A stretch of DNA of 63,409 bases, filler included, from Licmophora abbreviata (GCA_900291995.1; 11 parts of 11 records of this genome joined end to end with filler, not necessarily neighbours in it); one strand, 5' to 3'; numbered from the whole stretch's first letter, positions 23,393-36,323 are shown. Notes: a model not told the origin generated them from the sequence alone. Made by a program: numbers and translations.

Positions 23393-25141
23393 ATGAGGAT
23401 CTTGACGGGAGACGAATGCGGCCTTCTGAAGGAGTGCATCCCGGAATTGTCCCTGAGGAGTGTAAAGAACTCAGGGGATGAGAAAGGCAGCGGGTTTCCG
23501 CAGCAAAANNNNNNNNNNNNNNNNNNNNNNNNNNNNNNNNNNNNNNNNNNNNTTAATTAATTAANNNNNNNNNNNNNNNNNNNNNNNNNNNNNNNNNNNN
23601 NNNNNNNNGGGTTTCCGCAGCAAAAGACGCCCTCCATTGCAGTCGAAGGGGTTCAGCGGATTGTCGACCGACGCGATCATCCGGATGGTAGCCAAACGTC
23701 AAGTCGATCGAAAGGTGTCGTGGACATGTGTTTTACTACACACCAAGACGACGATCTAGATTCATCATCTTCCGCGTTCGCGGCCCTTCGAGTCAATGGA
23801 GGTGTCGAGTTTTGGGACCGACAAGATGGCAACGCTCTCATCAGCGACAACGAGGATACTGGCAGCAAGACTAGCAAACCATCGTTTGGAACGTACCAGC
23901 GAGTAGGACGCCTGCCGAATGTGTTTGGAGACAACGAGCAAGCACAACCATTATCTCTGACACAGATAAAGGGAAATCGTCTTTGTGCTGCCAATACAGT
24001 CGGGGATATTTCTATACTAGATCCTTCCTCCGTCGTGACCAACTTTTCGGCGTTTCCCAAGTCGAAAGCAGCCACTCTCACAACGACTAAGGGGTCTTAC
24101 CAAAACTGCCACCTGGCATCGGCAACAGCCGTTTGTTCTAAGCTAAACTGTGTCGCGGTATCAGGACGAGAGCGGGAAACAACTCTGCTGGATTTATCGA
24201 CCGGAAAGTCGGTCTGGAAGGTATGTTCCGGTGGATCAAGTGTTCATATATCCTTCATGCGACGGCAAACGGCGCTCATTTTTTCGTTTTCATTGTGCCG
24301 TTAAAAGGCGAAGAACTTGCCTCCTGATCCACAGACGCTGTTGCAGCACCCTATTTGGACCACTGCCTTGCTCTTTCTAAACGACGCCAGTTCCAATATA
24401 TTGGCGGCGGGAACGGCGTATCGACAAGTCCGCTTGTACGATGTGCGCATCTCGAACGATCATCAATCTGTCCACCGTCGTCCATTTGCATACACTCGAG
24501 ATGATGAGACTGTTTTTCAACATCGGGTTACGGCGCTGTGTCAGTCAGATCCAAACACATTGGTTGTGGGTGACACTACAGGCACACTCGTTTCGCTTGA
24601 TTTGCGCATGTTGACGGATCGAAATGCCAAACTGTCGAATGTCGGTCGCTTTGTGGGACCGACTGGTTCCATTCGAAAGTTGTGCCGACATCCCACGCTC
24701 CCACTGGTTACAGCGGTGGGCTTGGATCGCATGCTGCGAGTGTACAATACGAAAACGAGAAGGCAAGAATACTGTGTCTACTTGAAGCAACGTTTGAACT
24801 GCGTGTTGTTTGACAAGGATGTTGAATGGAGTTCAGATGATGAAATGATGGAGAATGGCGCGTCACTAGATGATGACGACTTGGATGTCGAGGATAGGGT
24901 AGAGGACTATCGCGACGACGATGAGGGTGACACCGGATCAGACGATGATGATGATGATGATGATGATGATGGCGACTCCAGCAACGATGAAGACGAGAAG
25001 CAGCATGGGGCTGCCGCGTCTTCCAGTCGAGACGAATCCAGCATTAGTTGTGAGGACGATGATGAATCAAGTATGGATGAGGACTCAAGCGACATCGGTG
25101 AAGAGGAGCCCGCTAACAAATCCAAGAGGAGACGGTTCTGA
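23393..25141 (+). CDS. WDR74: WD40 ribosome biogenesis factor Nsa1/WDR74; spans a gap, intron 24221-24307
   Basis: Starts MRILTGDECGLLK; W|KAKNLPPD..L..PIW, GTAYRQVRLYD, GSIRKL..HP, GLDRMLRVY, VYLKQRLNCVL; acidic tail ending in KSKRRRF. Confidence 0.88.
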
Positions 25142-25386
25142 ATCTGTCCTACGCGGTATAGTTAATTGCCCACCTATCCGCCCCTGGCAGTCGGCTGAGA
25201 AGCTGTCTAACCACTTGCAAAGTAGATAACAGTTGTGTTGATCACCTGTTTACTTCCAAGGTCGTGCTTCTATGTATTGCATAGATNNNNNNNNNNNNNN
25301 NNNNNNNNNNNNNNNNNNNNNNNNNNNNNNTTAATTAATTAANNNNNNNNNNNNNNNNNNNNNNNNNNNNNNNNNNNNNNNNNNNN

Positions 25387-26084
25387 GTTTGCGCGAACAG
25401 AAACGTGAACTTGCGGAAGCTCGTGCGCGCGAATCGAAGAAGCCTTTGCCAATTGTAGGTGGACTCATGTTGCCCAGCAAGGAAAAATCAGAAACCCGAG
25501 ATGCTTCACCACTCACCACTTGGCTCAACGAGGACACGGCTGAGCAGGACAAGACTCTAGCTGTTTTGAGCGAAGCGACACAGATCTATTTGACGTCCAT
25601 TCTGGAAAAGGCTGCGATTGCCGCTCGTCAGCGTCAGAACCTTGACGGCATTCGTCTGTGGCACGAGCAGCACGGAGCCAAGCGACCTCCGATGGCATTG
25701 CGGCTCGGGTGTGATGTGAAACGCCAGATCGCTCAAGCTACGGGTAATGCCGCCTTGACGTATCAGCGTATGGAAGAAGCCCTCGCTAGACAGGAGGACG
25801 TTCCTGCCAAGATGCGTGATTTGGAGGACGCAGAAGTTTTGTATCAGGCGACAAGTATGGGTGAATTATCGGTTCGACCGAGACTTGCAAAGGCTGCCGC
25901 CATGGCCAGCAGTGACGCCAAGCGTAGCTTTGACGTGCACGGAGGCAAAGATGCCCATCAGTCTCCGCCACTTGGCCGTGTACCAAAGCGTCCGAAAATC
26001 CTCGTTCGTGACTTTTCAATGGCAATCGACTGGACGGAGTACTCTCATCAAAGGCGGGGCATAATGGGATCAACGTTGCTGTAA
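25387..26084 (+). CDS. TAF4-like protein (histone fold plus conserved C-terminal motif), 5' end lost in gap
   Basis: LSEATQIYLTSILEKAAIAARQR resembles the TAF4 histone-fold helix 2; KILVRDFSMAID resembles the TAF4 C-terminal RVNLRDL motif. Confidence 0.5.
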
Positions 26085-27913
26085 AATGAAAGTAGATTGA
26101 CACGCAACTGTATTGTGTAACATTTCTCTTTTACATTTAGAGGGGGCATACTTCTACTAGAGAGCCTTCTCTTTCTTCCATTGACTTGATCGTTGACTCG
26201 TAGCTCGCCCATCCACTGGACGAGCCGTTGTTCGTGGACTCCATGCAGAGCGAGCAAGTCACGTAGCCGATTGCGAAGTTCGTCCAGTTCGGTCGGGCTT
26301 CGAGGGCGCCGCCGTTTTACAGCAGTAATCATGACATTCTTACTAGTATGTTCCCCACCAATGAACTCAAAGACCTGCACATTGTAGTCGGCAATCTCCA
26401 GCAACAGCGCGCGAATAGAATCTGTTACAGTTTCCGCCATGCGTTCGCGATAGATATTGTGTCGAAGAACATCGGCGTATGGATGCTCTTTTCTACTCGA
26501 GTCGGTTTTGGCAACATGGACATCCAGCTGTCGTCGAATCTGCTTGTGACAGCAAGGAGCCACCACAATAATGTCTGATCGATCACGAATACCAGACCAC
26601 AGCGCGTCGTCGGACGCCGTGTCGCACGCATGAAGTGCAATCAGCAAACTGAGCTTGGAAGGATCGCGATTGAAACAAGCAGTAACTCTATCCTTTCCGT
26701 CACTCTGCGACGATGATGATAAGACTGAATCTTCGATCGTTCCCTGGTCAAATCGCAATCCAGCAAAGTCTTTTCCCAACGATTCCGCAATGCCATTGAT
26801 CTCCTTCACCAGCTTCGGCCTTACATCGATCCCCCGGGTCTCGATGGAAAAGTCGGATCGATATGTGTCGTACAAGTACGCGTGCAACGCAAACGTGAGG
26901 TAGCCTCGTCCACACCCCATATCGACAGTCGATATTGTGTCTACTACTGCCTCGTCACCATAACTCCTTGCCGAACTGTTGTCACCTGATACTGTGGTGG
27001 CGGCCAGCCTGTCGCCTTCGTCATTGTTCAAGCAGCTCTCCACGAGCGAGCTCACAATTTCAACAAACTTTTGGCACTGCCTGCGTTTCGAGGACATTTT
27101 GGATCGGGGACTGCCATCGGCATTGGCAATCCCGAGGGTCTGCCAGAAGGTCGCCGTGTTGGCTAGCAGCGTTTGCTTCGTACGATCGTGGGAGTGTACA
27201 CTCGTCCCATCCGCAACCATCGGTGCTTCTGACTTGTGAAATGATAGTTTGTCATTCGCAACAAGCCACTTCCAGGTACCTGCCGTCGTGACGAGTTCCC
27301 CTTGTTGGATGCCCAGTGGTGTCCCGCATGGATGCAAGGTCTCGATGCCCCACTCCGATGCAAACGAATCGCTCGTTGATGATTCTTCCAATAACAACAA
27401 GGCATACAAGGCATTCTTAATATGGTGGACCTTCCAATTCTTGGCAACATCCGTTGCTCCATGGTATTTAATGGTCATTTGAAACATTCTTGTTTCGGAT
27501 TGTTGTTTCGTCTTGCGTTTAGTAGTATTCAATACAATCAGTCGTCCCTGAATCAGCCGAATGGCTCCTCGGAGTCGTTCCGTATCCTCTGCCGATGAGC
27601 TTTTGGAATTCTTCTTTCGCTTTTTCTTTTTGGGTCCAAAGAGTGTCAACGAAACAAAGGATTCTTCGTGAAGCGATGATTCAACCTGCAACACAAAGTC
27701 TTGCATTGTTCCTTTGAAGTTCGACTGCGGAATTGTTGTTGTCGGAGCGTCGTCTCCTTTCTCTTTCGATCGTAACGAGCAAACTAGTAAGGATCGCGAT
27801 GGATTACCGAATGCGCATGGTACTACACCGTGTCTTCGTCTCCCTCTTCTTCTTGCAATACTTCTGACAAGACGCTGTTGTTGTTGGACGGACATTCCGA
27901 ACGCAAGAGGCAT
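26048..27913 (-). CDS. Class I SAM-dependent methyltransferase (Methyltransf_32-like), probably organelle targeted
   Basis: KRRQCQKFVEI, VDMGCGRGYLTFAL, ALHACDTASDDAL, APCCHKQ, FEFIGGEHTSKNVMI. A signal-like segment lies upstream (about 27930-28030) in another frame. Confidence 0.8.
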   Translation of the reverse strand: MPLAFGMSVQQQQRLVRSIARRRGRRRHGVVPCAFGNPSRSLLVCSLRSKEKGDDAPTTTIPQSNFKGTMQDFVLQVESSLHEESFVSLTLFGPKKKKRKKNSKSSSAEDTERLRGAIRLIQGRLIVLNTTKRKTKQQSETRMFQMTIKYHGATDVAKNWKVHHIKNALYALLLLEESSTSDSFASEWGIETLHPCGTPLGIQQGELVTTAGTWKWLVANDKLSFHKSEAPMVADGTSVHSHDRTKQTLLANTATFWQTLGIANADGSPRSKMSSKRRQCQKFVEIVSSLVESCLNNDEGDRLAATTVSGDNSSARSYGDEAVVDTISTVDMGCGRGYLTFALHAYLYDTYRSDFSIETRGIDVRPKLVKEINGIAESLGKDFAGLRFDQGTIEDSVLSSSSQSDGKDRVTACFNRDPSKLSLLIALHACDTASDDALWSGIRDRSDIIVVAPCCHKQIRRQLDVHVAKTDSSRKEHPYADVLRHNIYRERMAETVTDSIRALLLEIADYNVQVFEFIGGEHTSKNVMITAVKRRRPRSPTELDELRNRLRDLLALHGVHEQRLVQWMGELRVNDQVNGRKRRLSSRSMPPLNVKEKCYTIQLRVNLLSFYSNVDPIMPRL

Positions 27914-28399
27914 GCTACTGTAGGAGATGAGCCATCTTCCGCAGTAGTAACATGATTGCAGCCCGACAGAAGCACTACCACTACTGCAAATAGTAGTGCA
28001 CTAGAATGAGCAAGACATGGCATTTTCATACACGGGCTTCTCTTTCTTCGAACCAGCAGATCTTCCTGAGGAGTAATATTTTGCTCTATTTTAGTCAGCG
28101 GCATCAAGGATACCAAGAGGATGTCGAGGAAGCTTTGCCCGGTGCTGCCGTCATGCCGTCATGGTCGCGATGTGATGTTTCGATCTTTTTTCTACTTCAG
28201 TTTTGTGAGTACGAGTCGGAGGAGTCGAGCCCAAATTTGGCCAGCGAAAAATATACCGCGCCGCACAAGCATACATCGTCGCAACGCACCACCATGGTGA
28301 AAAAGACCACCGGCAGCTCGGCGAGGACACAATAATGACCAAGAAGTCGGTTGTATAACAGCAGTATTACTGACACAAGAGAGTGTTGACACATTCGTC

Positions 28400-31300
28400 A
28401 TGACAACAACACAGAGCGCTGACGACGCCTTACTGGGTCCCCCAGCATCGACCAAACTTCGAAACTTGGTATCGGGCATTGCTTCCCAAGTGACCGACCG
28501 ATGGGTGGAAATGGGAGCATCCGCTGATGAAACTAATACTAATCATAGTGCCTGGAGGCCTCCTCGTGCTACGATTGGACATCCTGACTATCGAAAACAA
28601 CAATCGACAAACATTGACAGACTTCAGTGGCATGTTCCAAAATCGCTTGTTCCTCTTGCCTATGTCACGGAACGAATCTTGGCGACGGCGCGGCCCAAAC
28701 CGGCACCGGACAATCATGCAACCTATCAAGACCGAGGACGAGATCGACTCTTCCATGGTACCACAACAGAGACGGCGACTATGGAACAAGGCTCCAACAG
28801 AATGCACCTTGCGCAAGTGGGTGAGGGTGAGACGGACCTACAGAGTCCTCCTCCGTCTGACGGGCCGCTACAGGAAGAAGGAAAAGAAGGTCATCCTGTC
28901 GAACACAACGCCAGCAGCACCTCGCGGCCATTCCCGGTGAAGAAACCTCCTCCTCCCCTCGGGTCCTCCGGCGTGAANNNNNNNNNNNNNNNNNNNNNNN
29001 NNNNNNNNNNNNNNNNNNNNNTTAATTAATTAANNNNNNNNNNNNNNNNNNNNNNNNNNNNNNNNNNNNNNNNNNNNAATCCCGGGACCCTCAGTACCTT
29101 TCTGGAACGCCGGCATGGCAATCATCATTTTCTATTGCTCAACTTGTCCGACCACGCCTTGGACGACCGCAGTCTCTTGCTCCTCCGAAGACAAGTCGTG
29201 CAGGTCGATTGGACGAGTCCGTGTCGAGACCGGACCGAAACGCCCTGCATGACGACCATACTGGAGTGCATGTACGTAATGCATGCCTATCTGTCACTGG
29301 ATGCTCGAAATGTGGTGCTGGCATCGTGTGCCAATGGAAAGACGCGGACGGCAATTGTTGTTGCATGCTTTTTAAAGTACACTGGAGTAGTGGATACCTC
29401 GCAAGAAGGATTTCGGGTATTCCTAGAACGCACTTGTCCGAGCATGCTGCCGTCGAGGACAGGGGACGGAGGCGACGATCCTGGGGCTTACACGCAATTG
29501 CTGCCGCCATCGTTGCAGACATTCTTTCATAACTTTGATGACTGCGTCGAATTGAGGCATTATGCCAATTCGAAACCTCTCTTCTTGCGCGCTGTGGCAT
29601 TGCAGGGTGTGCCGGTGGACGACAAGCCGTGTCTGGATATTTGGGCGACGACAGAAGAACGGCACGTCTACTCGTCTCACCATGACGTCAGTTGTACTAG
29701 TACGACAATGACGAAAGCAAAGGGCGATGAGGGCGACCATCAACTGGCTACTGGAGAGGTTGGCGGGAATGTGAAGCAAGAGAATCTCGAGACCGCTCCC
29801 ACCACCACGGTTCCTTTGTCATCCCAGTGGGCGGACGAAGAAGGGTTCTATCGTGTCAATCGGGTGTTGCAAGGCGATTTTGTGGTTCTGTGTCGATTCG
29901 GGGGTGCGTACGCAACGGATGCTACATCGCGCGATCCTTCCAAGGTCTTGTTTCGTTATGCCAACACGACAGGCTTCATGTCGAGTGGAACGTACGAACT
30001 GCCCATGTCCAAAGTAGACATGATGCGAAGATACTATTCGAGCTTTGAACAAGATGAATTTCTTCTAACGCTGTTGTTAGAGTCGCACTGGGATTGTACG
30101 GGTACAGAGGAAGATCGACGGTTGCTTGAGTCGAATTGCGATGACGACGTGTTGTCTCCGATATTACACGGTCGGGAGGCCGCTGAACGAGGGCTGCATC
30201 TGCTGGCACAAATGCACGCGTCAAAGCCGATGGCGCAGGACCGGGATTACTTTCACTCGGTGTACGGAGACGCGTACAAAGCATGTCCGCCTCATATCGT
30301 AACGCTGGCGCTGCAATTGACAAACTGTGAATGGAGTGCGACCAAGAAGCTTCTAAGCGTGGGCCCGATGCATTCGTGGTGGGATATTGTTGACGAAACC
30401 GACTACGACATGACATCTGGGCAAGAAGAAAATAGAGAAGGAGCGGCTGAAGAGGCATTGCCTTGTGAGGTGTCGTTGGGCGCTGTCTTACCAGAACAGA
30501 CTTCAGATGAAGGAAGCCACGAGATTTTCCGAATCTTGGACGAATCGAATGTTGTCCGTTGGAGTAAGGACGCTCACGTGATGAAACCATCGATTCTTGT
30601 GGAACGGAAGGGAGTCGGGGATAGAGAAAGAGCTCCTCCGATGGGAATATCGCCAGTCTGGTATGAGCCGATCCAATCTATTTGTCAGGGGGATATCGTA
30701 GATGGGTTTAGGGGCTATCACGGAGGCATTGTGCGCCGGGGTCGGTCGCGAGAGCGCACTCTTCATATGAGATCTCGACCGCTCATGCCGATGCATGGTC
30801 GAAAGAGACGACGCATGGTTGGTGAGACAACGCCACATTCAAAGCGCCGTGCTAGTCCCACTGAAAATCCGTTTCAGAATATTGGCGGGTTCACAAACCC
30901 TCTTGGGGCAAACGGCGATCTTGTGTACGACGGCGATTTCTTGGCTGCAATGGAGATCTTTCGCGAGATAGGGCACACCGGTATCACAATACACGACCTA
31001 CTCAAGCTACTAAAGGATTCTCGTCGCTGGAACGCTGAACCGCACTCTTCTTCTAGTACAACGTCGAGGCTAGCTCCTGCGTCAGAAGCTGTCTTTTCGT
31101 CAAAACCGCCGCTGAGTGCAGCAGAGAGAGCCAAGAAAATCAGTGAGCTTGAGACGCCTTCGATAGATCTGGGACCGAGCCTGCTCGGGCTAGAGGACAA
31201 TACTCCCTCGGAAGCGAAGAAACAGAAGGACGATGGTGCTCNNNNNNNNNNNNNNNNNNNNNNNNNNNNNNNNNNNNNNNNNNNNTTAATTAATTAANNN

Positions 31301-34300
31301 NNNNNNNNNNNNNNNNNNNNNNNNNNNNNNNNNNNNNNNNNGTCAAACTTGCTACCAAGGAGAAGGGGGGCGCAGAAAAGGTAAGGGTGACCTGCGTTTC
31401 ATCTCGATGACATTTGTAGTAGGCGCACATCTCAAACATGTGTTTTTCGTCTACATCATAGCAGACCGATTTGGTCGAGCCTCCGCTGAAGGAAGACCCA
31501 GAATACTCTAAATACTTTCAAATGCTAAAAATGGGTCTCCATATCGATACTGTGAGACATGCGCTGAAACGGGACGGGAAGGATCCCAGAATTTTGGATC
31601 TAGATCAAGCAAAGTCGCTCAAATCACAGATGTCGGAGACAGAGAAGCCTGCAGATGTCGAACTATCGGATTTGCCTCTGAACGAAGATCCTGACTACGC
31701 GAAGTACTTTCGCATGTTGAAAATGGGTCTGCCGCTCGATGCGGTTAAGCATGCACTGAAACGTGATGGGAAGGATCCTGGGGTCATGGACCTCTCCCCG
31801 GAGCGTTCGCTCAAGTCGCAAACTCTCAACGAGGTGGCAGCTAACGAGGATCCGCCATTGAAGAATGACCCTGAATACCAAAAATATTTCAAGATGCTCA
31901 AGCTGGGCTTGCCTGTTGGTGCAGCCAAGAATGCGCTCCAACGCGATGGCAAAGATCCTGGTATCATGGACCTTGATCCTGAAAAGTCCCTGAAGTCGCA
32001 AATGAAGACAGGCCAGCATGAGGATCCACCGCTGAAGGACGATCCCGAGTATTCAAAATATTTCAAGATGTTGAAGATGGGTCTGCCGATGGGAGCAGCA
32101 AAGAATGCGATAGAGCGCGATGGGAAAGACCCCACTATCATGGACCTTGACCCGGAGAAACCTCTCAAGTCTCAGCTTCCGCCTCAGGACGACGGGCCGC
32201 CATTGAAGGACGACCCCGAGTTCTCGAAGTACTTCCGTATGCTCAATATGGGCCTACCGAAAGATGCTGTCAAACATGCCTTGCAGCGCGATGGTAAAGA
32301 CCCTGTTATTATGGATCTCGACTTCAGTCGGTCCTACAAGAGCCAGACGAAGAAGGACTCCGACGACACCGGAGTCCCCCTGGAGGAAGATCCCGAGTTT
32401 TCCAAATACTTTAAAATGTTGAAGATGGGTTTGCCGATGGGGGCAGTGAAGAATGCATTAGAGAGGGACGGAAAAGACCCGGCGATTATGGACTTGGACC
32501 CGAAGCTATCGCTTTCGTATCAGATGGCGCGGAAAGGCAGCATGCGATTGAAACGAAAGAAGGAAAAGAAACGAGTCAGGCGGAAGAAGATCTACTGGAC
32601 GCCTATAGACCCTGGCAGAGTTGGCAAGGAGTCAATTTGGTCACTGGTTCGAGGCTCGGTTGCCATGCATGAGCTCAAGTACGATCCGAAAGAATTTGAG
32701 AACCTCTTCACAGAAACTGGCAACCCGGCAGACAGAAAGAAAAAGGTTTCGGCTGGAGGCGGAGGCGGAGCTTCAAACCAAAAGAAAAGCGTTCAGGTCA
32801 TCGACGGAAAGCGGGGTATGAACGGTGGCATCATTCTAGCGCGCATCAAAACGAAATATTCAAAGATAGCAGAGATGGTGGACTTTATGTGCGTGAAATA
32901 GCGGTCGTCTGTCAAATGCTTTCGCTGTGCTGTTGTGGTTCGCAACTCACCTGTCTATCAATCCGATTTCGTTAGGGACGCGGGTGAATTCGATACAGTC
33001 CAGCTGAAAGCTTTGAAAGAATTCCTGCCGAGTGATGAAGAGAAACCCGCTCTCCAGATGTATCTCAAAAAGGGAGAGGGCTCAGATGAGAAATTGAAAG
33101 CCGCTATGGCAGATCTGAGCGAGTGCGAGAAGTACATGGTAGCAATGTTGAAAATACAAAATGCGCCTGCGAAATTTGATTGCATGCTCTTCAAACAACA
33201 GTTCAAGAGCAGATTCGACGAATTGATGACCGGAGTCAATACTGTCAAGACAGCATGCGATGAAGTTCGCTCATCGGAAAGCCTTCGAAAGATGATGGCG
33301 ATGATTTTGACCCTTGTCAACCAGATTAACACGGGGGGCGATGGCAACCTTGCTATCGGCTTCAGCTTGGACGCGCTTCTCAAGCTGAACGAGGTATGTC
33401 GTGGTTAGCGTTTCCGATTGCCCTGCACAAAAGTCTTTTGAGCTCACCGCACCTTGCTTTCCTCTGTAGGCCAAAGCGTTCGACAAGAAGACTAGTGTTC
33501 TACATTATCTCGCAAAACTCGTGAAAGAGAACGACCCTTCCCTATTGGAGTTCAAGCACGATATTGGTTCTGTACCTGATGCCGAAGGAATTGTGCTGGA
33601 CGGACTCGTCGCGGACGTCAAGAGTTTGAGCCAAGAATTGGACAAGGTGATTGAGACGGCAACGGTTGAGGCGGATCGACTGGAAGAGGAGGGCGAGCTG
33701 AAAAAGTTGTCAGTTGCAGAGCTAAGCGAACAACGCACAGAAATTCGACAAATCAGCGGCCTGCCACATTATAACAAAGTTGACCACATAACAGGGCGAA
33801 CTAGTATGGAGAGATTTTCACTTCGCGCTTCAGCAATGGTGGATTGTGCCAAAGAAGCGATCAATGAGCTGAAGACAATGTACGGCAGTCTGCTCAAGTA
33901 CTTCGGGGAAGACGAAAGCATGCCTAGCAATCAGTTCTTCGGAACAATGAAGAAGTTTATCTTAGAGTTCAACCTTGCGACTGAACAGGTCGAAAAGATG
34001 GAAAAGGCGCGGGTAAGATGTGCGAGAGTGTCTAATGTATTCTTTTGTTTTTGTGCCCATTTTCTAAGATGTACCCATTTGCTGCTTTGTAGCTGAAGGA
34101 AAAGCTGCGTGCGGCATCGAAGAAAGCAGCTGCTGTGAAGCGCCTGGCTTCGGTCGCAAAATCATTTCCTGCCCCACAAACAGAACGGCACGTTGCGACT
34201 ACAGCAGCACAGGCAACGTCCGAAAGTCGTGACACAGATGCTCTTCCAGGCCAACTCAAAACAAGAAACATTGCGGCTCTTGCAGCTGCGGCGGCTCCAA

Positions 34301-36155
34301 CTGGCGAGAACAATGAGGGCGACCAGGAACTTCCTTCTCAAACAGCTTTGGGTGCCCCTATCATTGAAAAAAACCAAACACATTCACTTGGTGGTATCGC
34401 AGCGCTTGCAGCCCAAACCGCTTCAATAGGCGAGAAGAAGGTTGAGGAATCGACTCCTTCGGCTGAATTAATAAGCTCACTACCAGTGGCTCCAACTGGC
34501 GGTGGTGGAANNNNNNNNNNNNNNNNNNNNNNNNNNNNNNNNNNNNNNNNNNNNTTAATTAATTAANNNNNNNNNNNNNNNNNNNNNNNNNNNNNNNNNN
34601 NNNNNNNNNNAAGACTGATGAACGGAACGTCGTCGACTCGTTACCAATGGCATCATGTGGCGGTGGTGGAATAGCTGCGAATGCTGCCGCCGTTGCACGG
34701 AAGCGAGATGTCAAATTCGATATGGCAAACGAGCCCGAGGTGTCGAATGGACTCTCCGAGAATGTCTGGACTGAAACCATTAAGGCTGTGAATGACACTC
34801 TCGTAATCGATGGCTTGCCAACATCGACCGTTGAGGTCGAGGGTGAGCGTTCGGAAATAAGAATAGGCGGCCCTCGCTCTATAGACGAGTGTGAACCTGT
34901 GGGCTCGGGAACCGGGATAAGTGCCATTGCATCAGCAACAGCGAGAAAACCCGATAACTTGGACGCAACACTAGGGAGGTTCCATAGCCGAGCCGACGAT
35001 TGCAACATCGATGTTCCTAGAGCGCCCAGTCGCTCTGGCATGACTAATAGTAGACTGCTCGTTGAACCGGTCGATGAGAGCGTAGCAGTTGCTGCTCCCT
35101 CGGGGCCGCCAACGAATCCAGCAGGCGCTGCTGCTGCGGCGAAAGCATCTGAGGCCGCGGAGCGGATACGCGTGCGGCTTGCTGAAGCCGCTGAGAAGCA
35201 GAAGTCTGAAGCGGCATTCTTCACGAATGTGGGAGATTTGTCACAGAACGGCGACAACGTGCCCGTCGGACTTGGTGGCGTTGCTGCCGCAGCCGCCGAA
35301 GCTGCTGCTGCTAGAATTCGTGAAGGACTCGCAAGAGATGTTGGCAGGCAGCTCGTTGCGAACTCACGCGTGGATGTCGTCGATTCAGAGTCCCGTAGCC
35401 TCCATCCAGATGGACACAATGTTCGCCTGGGACTGTCGCAAAGCGATGCGGACACGGAAGGAATCGCATCGCTAGCTCCATCGGATGGAGGTCTGGTTTC
35501 TCTGACGTCGACCCCATCTTCTGGTGATATCAGCAAAGGGAAAGCTAGCCGTGTTTTGGGTTCTGGTCGTCGCGAAGATTTGAGCCACACGGAGAGTCCA
35601 ACGTCTAGGGACTTACATGGCAGCCGTCTGGACGTTCCAGCCTCGGAGCTTACATCCAGTCCCCTGGCGGCTTCCGTCTTGCCTTCTACACCCCCCGAAA
35701 TCGGCCCGTCGTCGCCACGATCAGACGCCGACGACAGCATGGGTAGCACTTCTCCCTCGCCTCTGGGTCGAAAACAACGAGGAGGTCTTCAAGGGTGGAT
35801 GCGGCGCTTCGGGGGAAAGAGAGATCGAGCCATTTCGGTTGATGGAGAAAAGTCAGGAACTGACAACGGTGGAAACGGAAAAAGCAACAAAGGCGTGTCT
35901 GTGTCCTGGGACGAGCAGGAGAGAAGAAGCGCCAGATCTCTATTTGGTGCCCGTCGCAGTCCCTCGTCGGACGAGGTTTCAAGAGATTCGTCGTCCGTTG
36001 GGCGCGATACGCCTCTATCGGGTCTTTCTAAGACCTTGAGCAGATCACCGCAGGGGCGAAGTAAGAAACATGTTGTGAAGAAGAACGAAAAGATTCCGTC
36101 CCCTCATCTAATTGAGATACCAGGGGAGACGGATCCGAAGGACCTCGACCCTTGA
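28400..36155 (+). CDS. Formin: PTEN-like phosphatase + C2, six CCDC53-like repeats, FH2 domain, long low-complexity tail; multi-exon, spans three gaps
   Basis: LAYVTERILA, LLNLSD, SCANGKTRTAIVVACFL (PTEN-like). FH2 motifs RRKKIYWTPI, VIDGKRGMNGGIILAR, ILTLVNQINTG, GFSLDALLKLNE|AKAFDKKTSVLHY, YFGED. Introns near 31381-31461, 32889-32974, 33394-33469 and 34012-34092. Continuity across gaps is inferred. Confidence 0.82.
31477..32525 (+). repeat. Six tandem approx. 56-64 aa repeats (PLKDDPEYSKYFKMLKMGLP.GA.K.AL.RDGKDP.IMDLDP.KSLKSQ)
   Basis: Directly visible in ORF 31471..32901; the repeats are diverged at synonymous sites. Confidence 0.92.
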
Positions 36156-36323
36156 TGGGCATTGGAGCCATTTTGGGTCTATGTACGAATTGAAAAGGGG
36201 GGAGAACTTCCGATTCGACGGCAATGGGGATATTGTTGCCTGTTTCATATTGTGTACTGATAGGTGTACGATAAAGAAAGCCTATGAATCAAAGAAATTC
36301 TGAGAGTATGTACCGAAATTTGG

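Noticed and set aside
23492..23625. 17-bp direct repeat flanking a gap in WDR74 (TSD-like)
   Set aside because: Contig-end overlap; no element sequence lies between the copies.
26048..26084. Overlap of convergent TAF4-like and methyltransferase ORF ends
   Set aside because: Only 37 bp and may reflect an unrecognised intron or error in the non-conserved tail.
31477..32525. Regularly spaced DNA repeats as a CRISPR or satellite array
   Set aside because: In-frame protein repeats with synonymous divergence.
34559..35749. Long antisense ORFs (396 aa here, also 38463-39320 and 56421-57260)
   Set aside because: Shadows of GC-balanced or low-complexity sense genes with no recognisable motifs.
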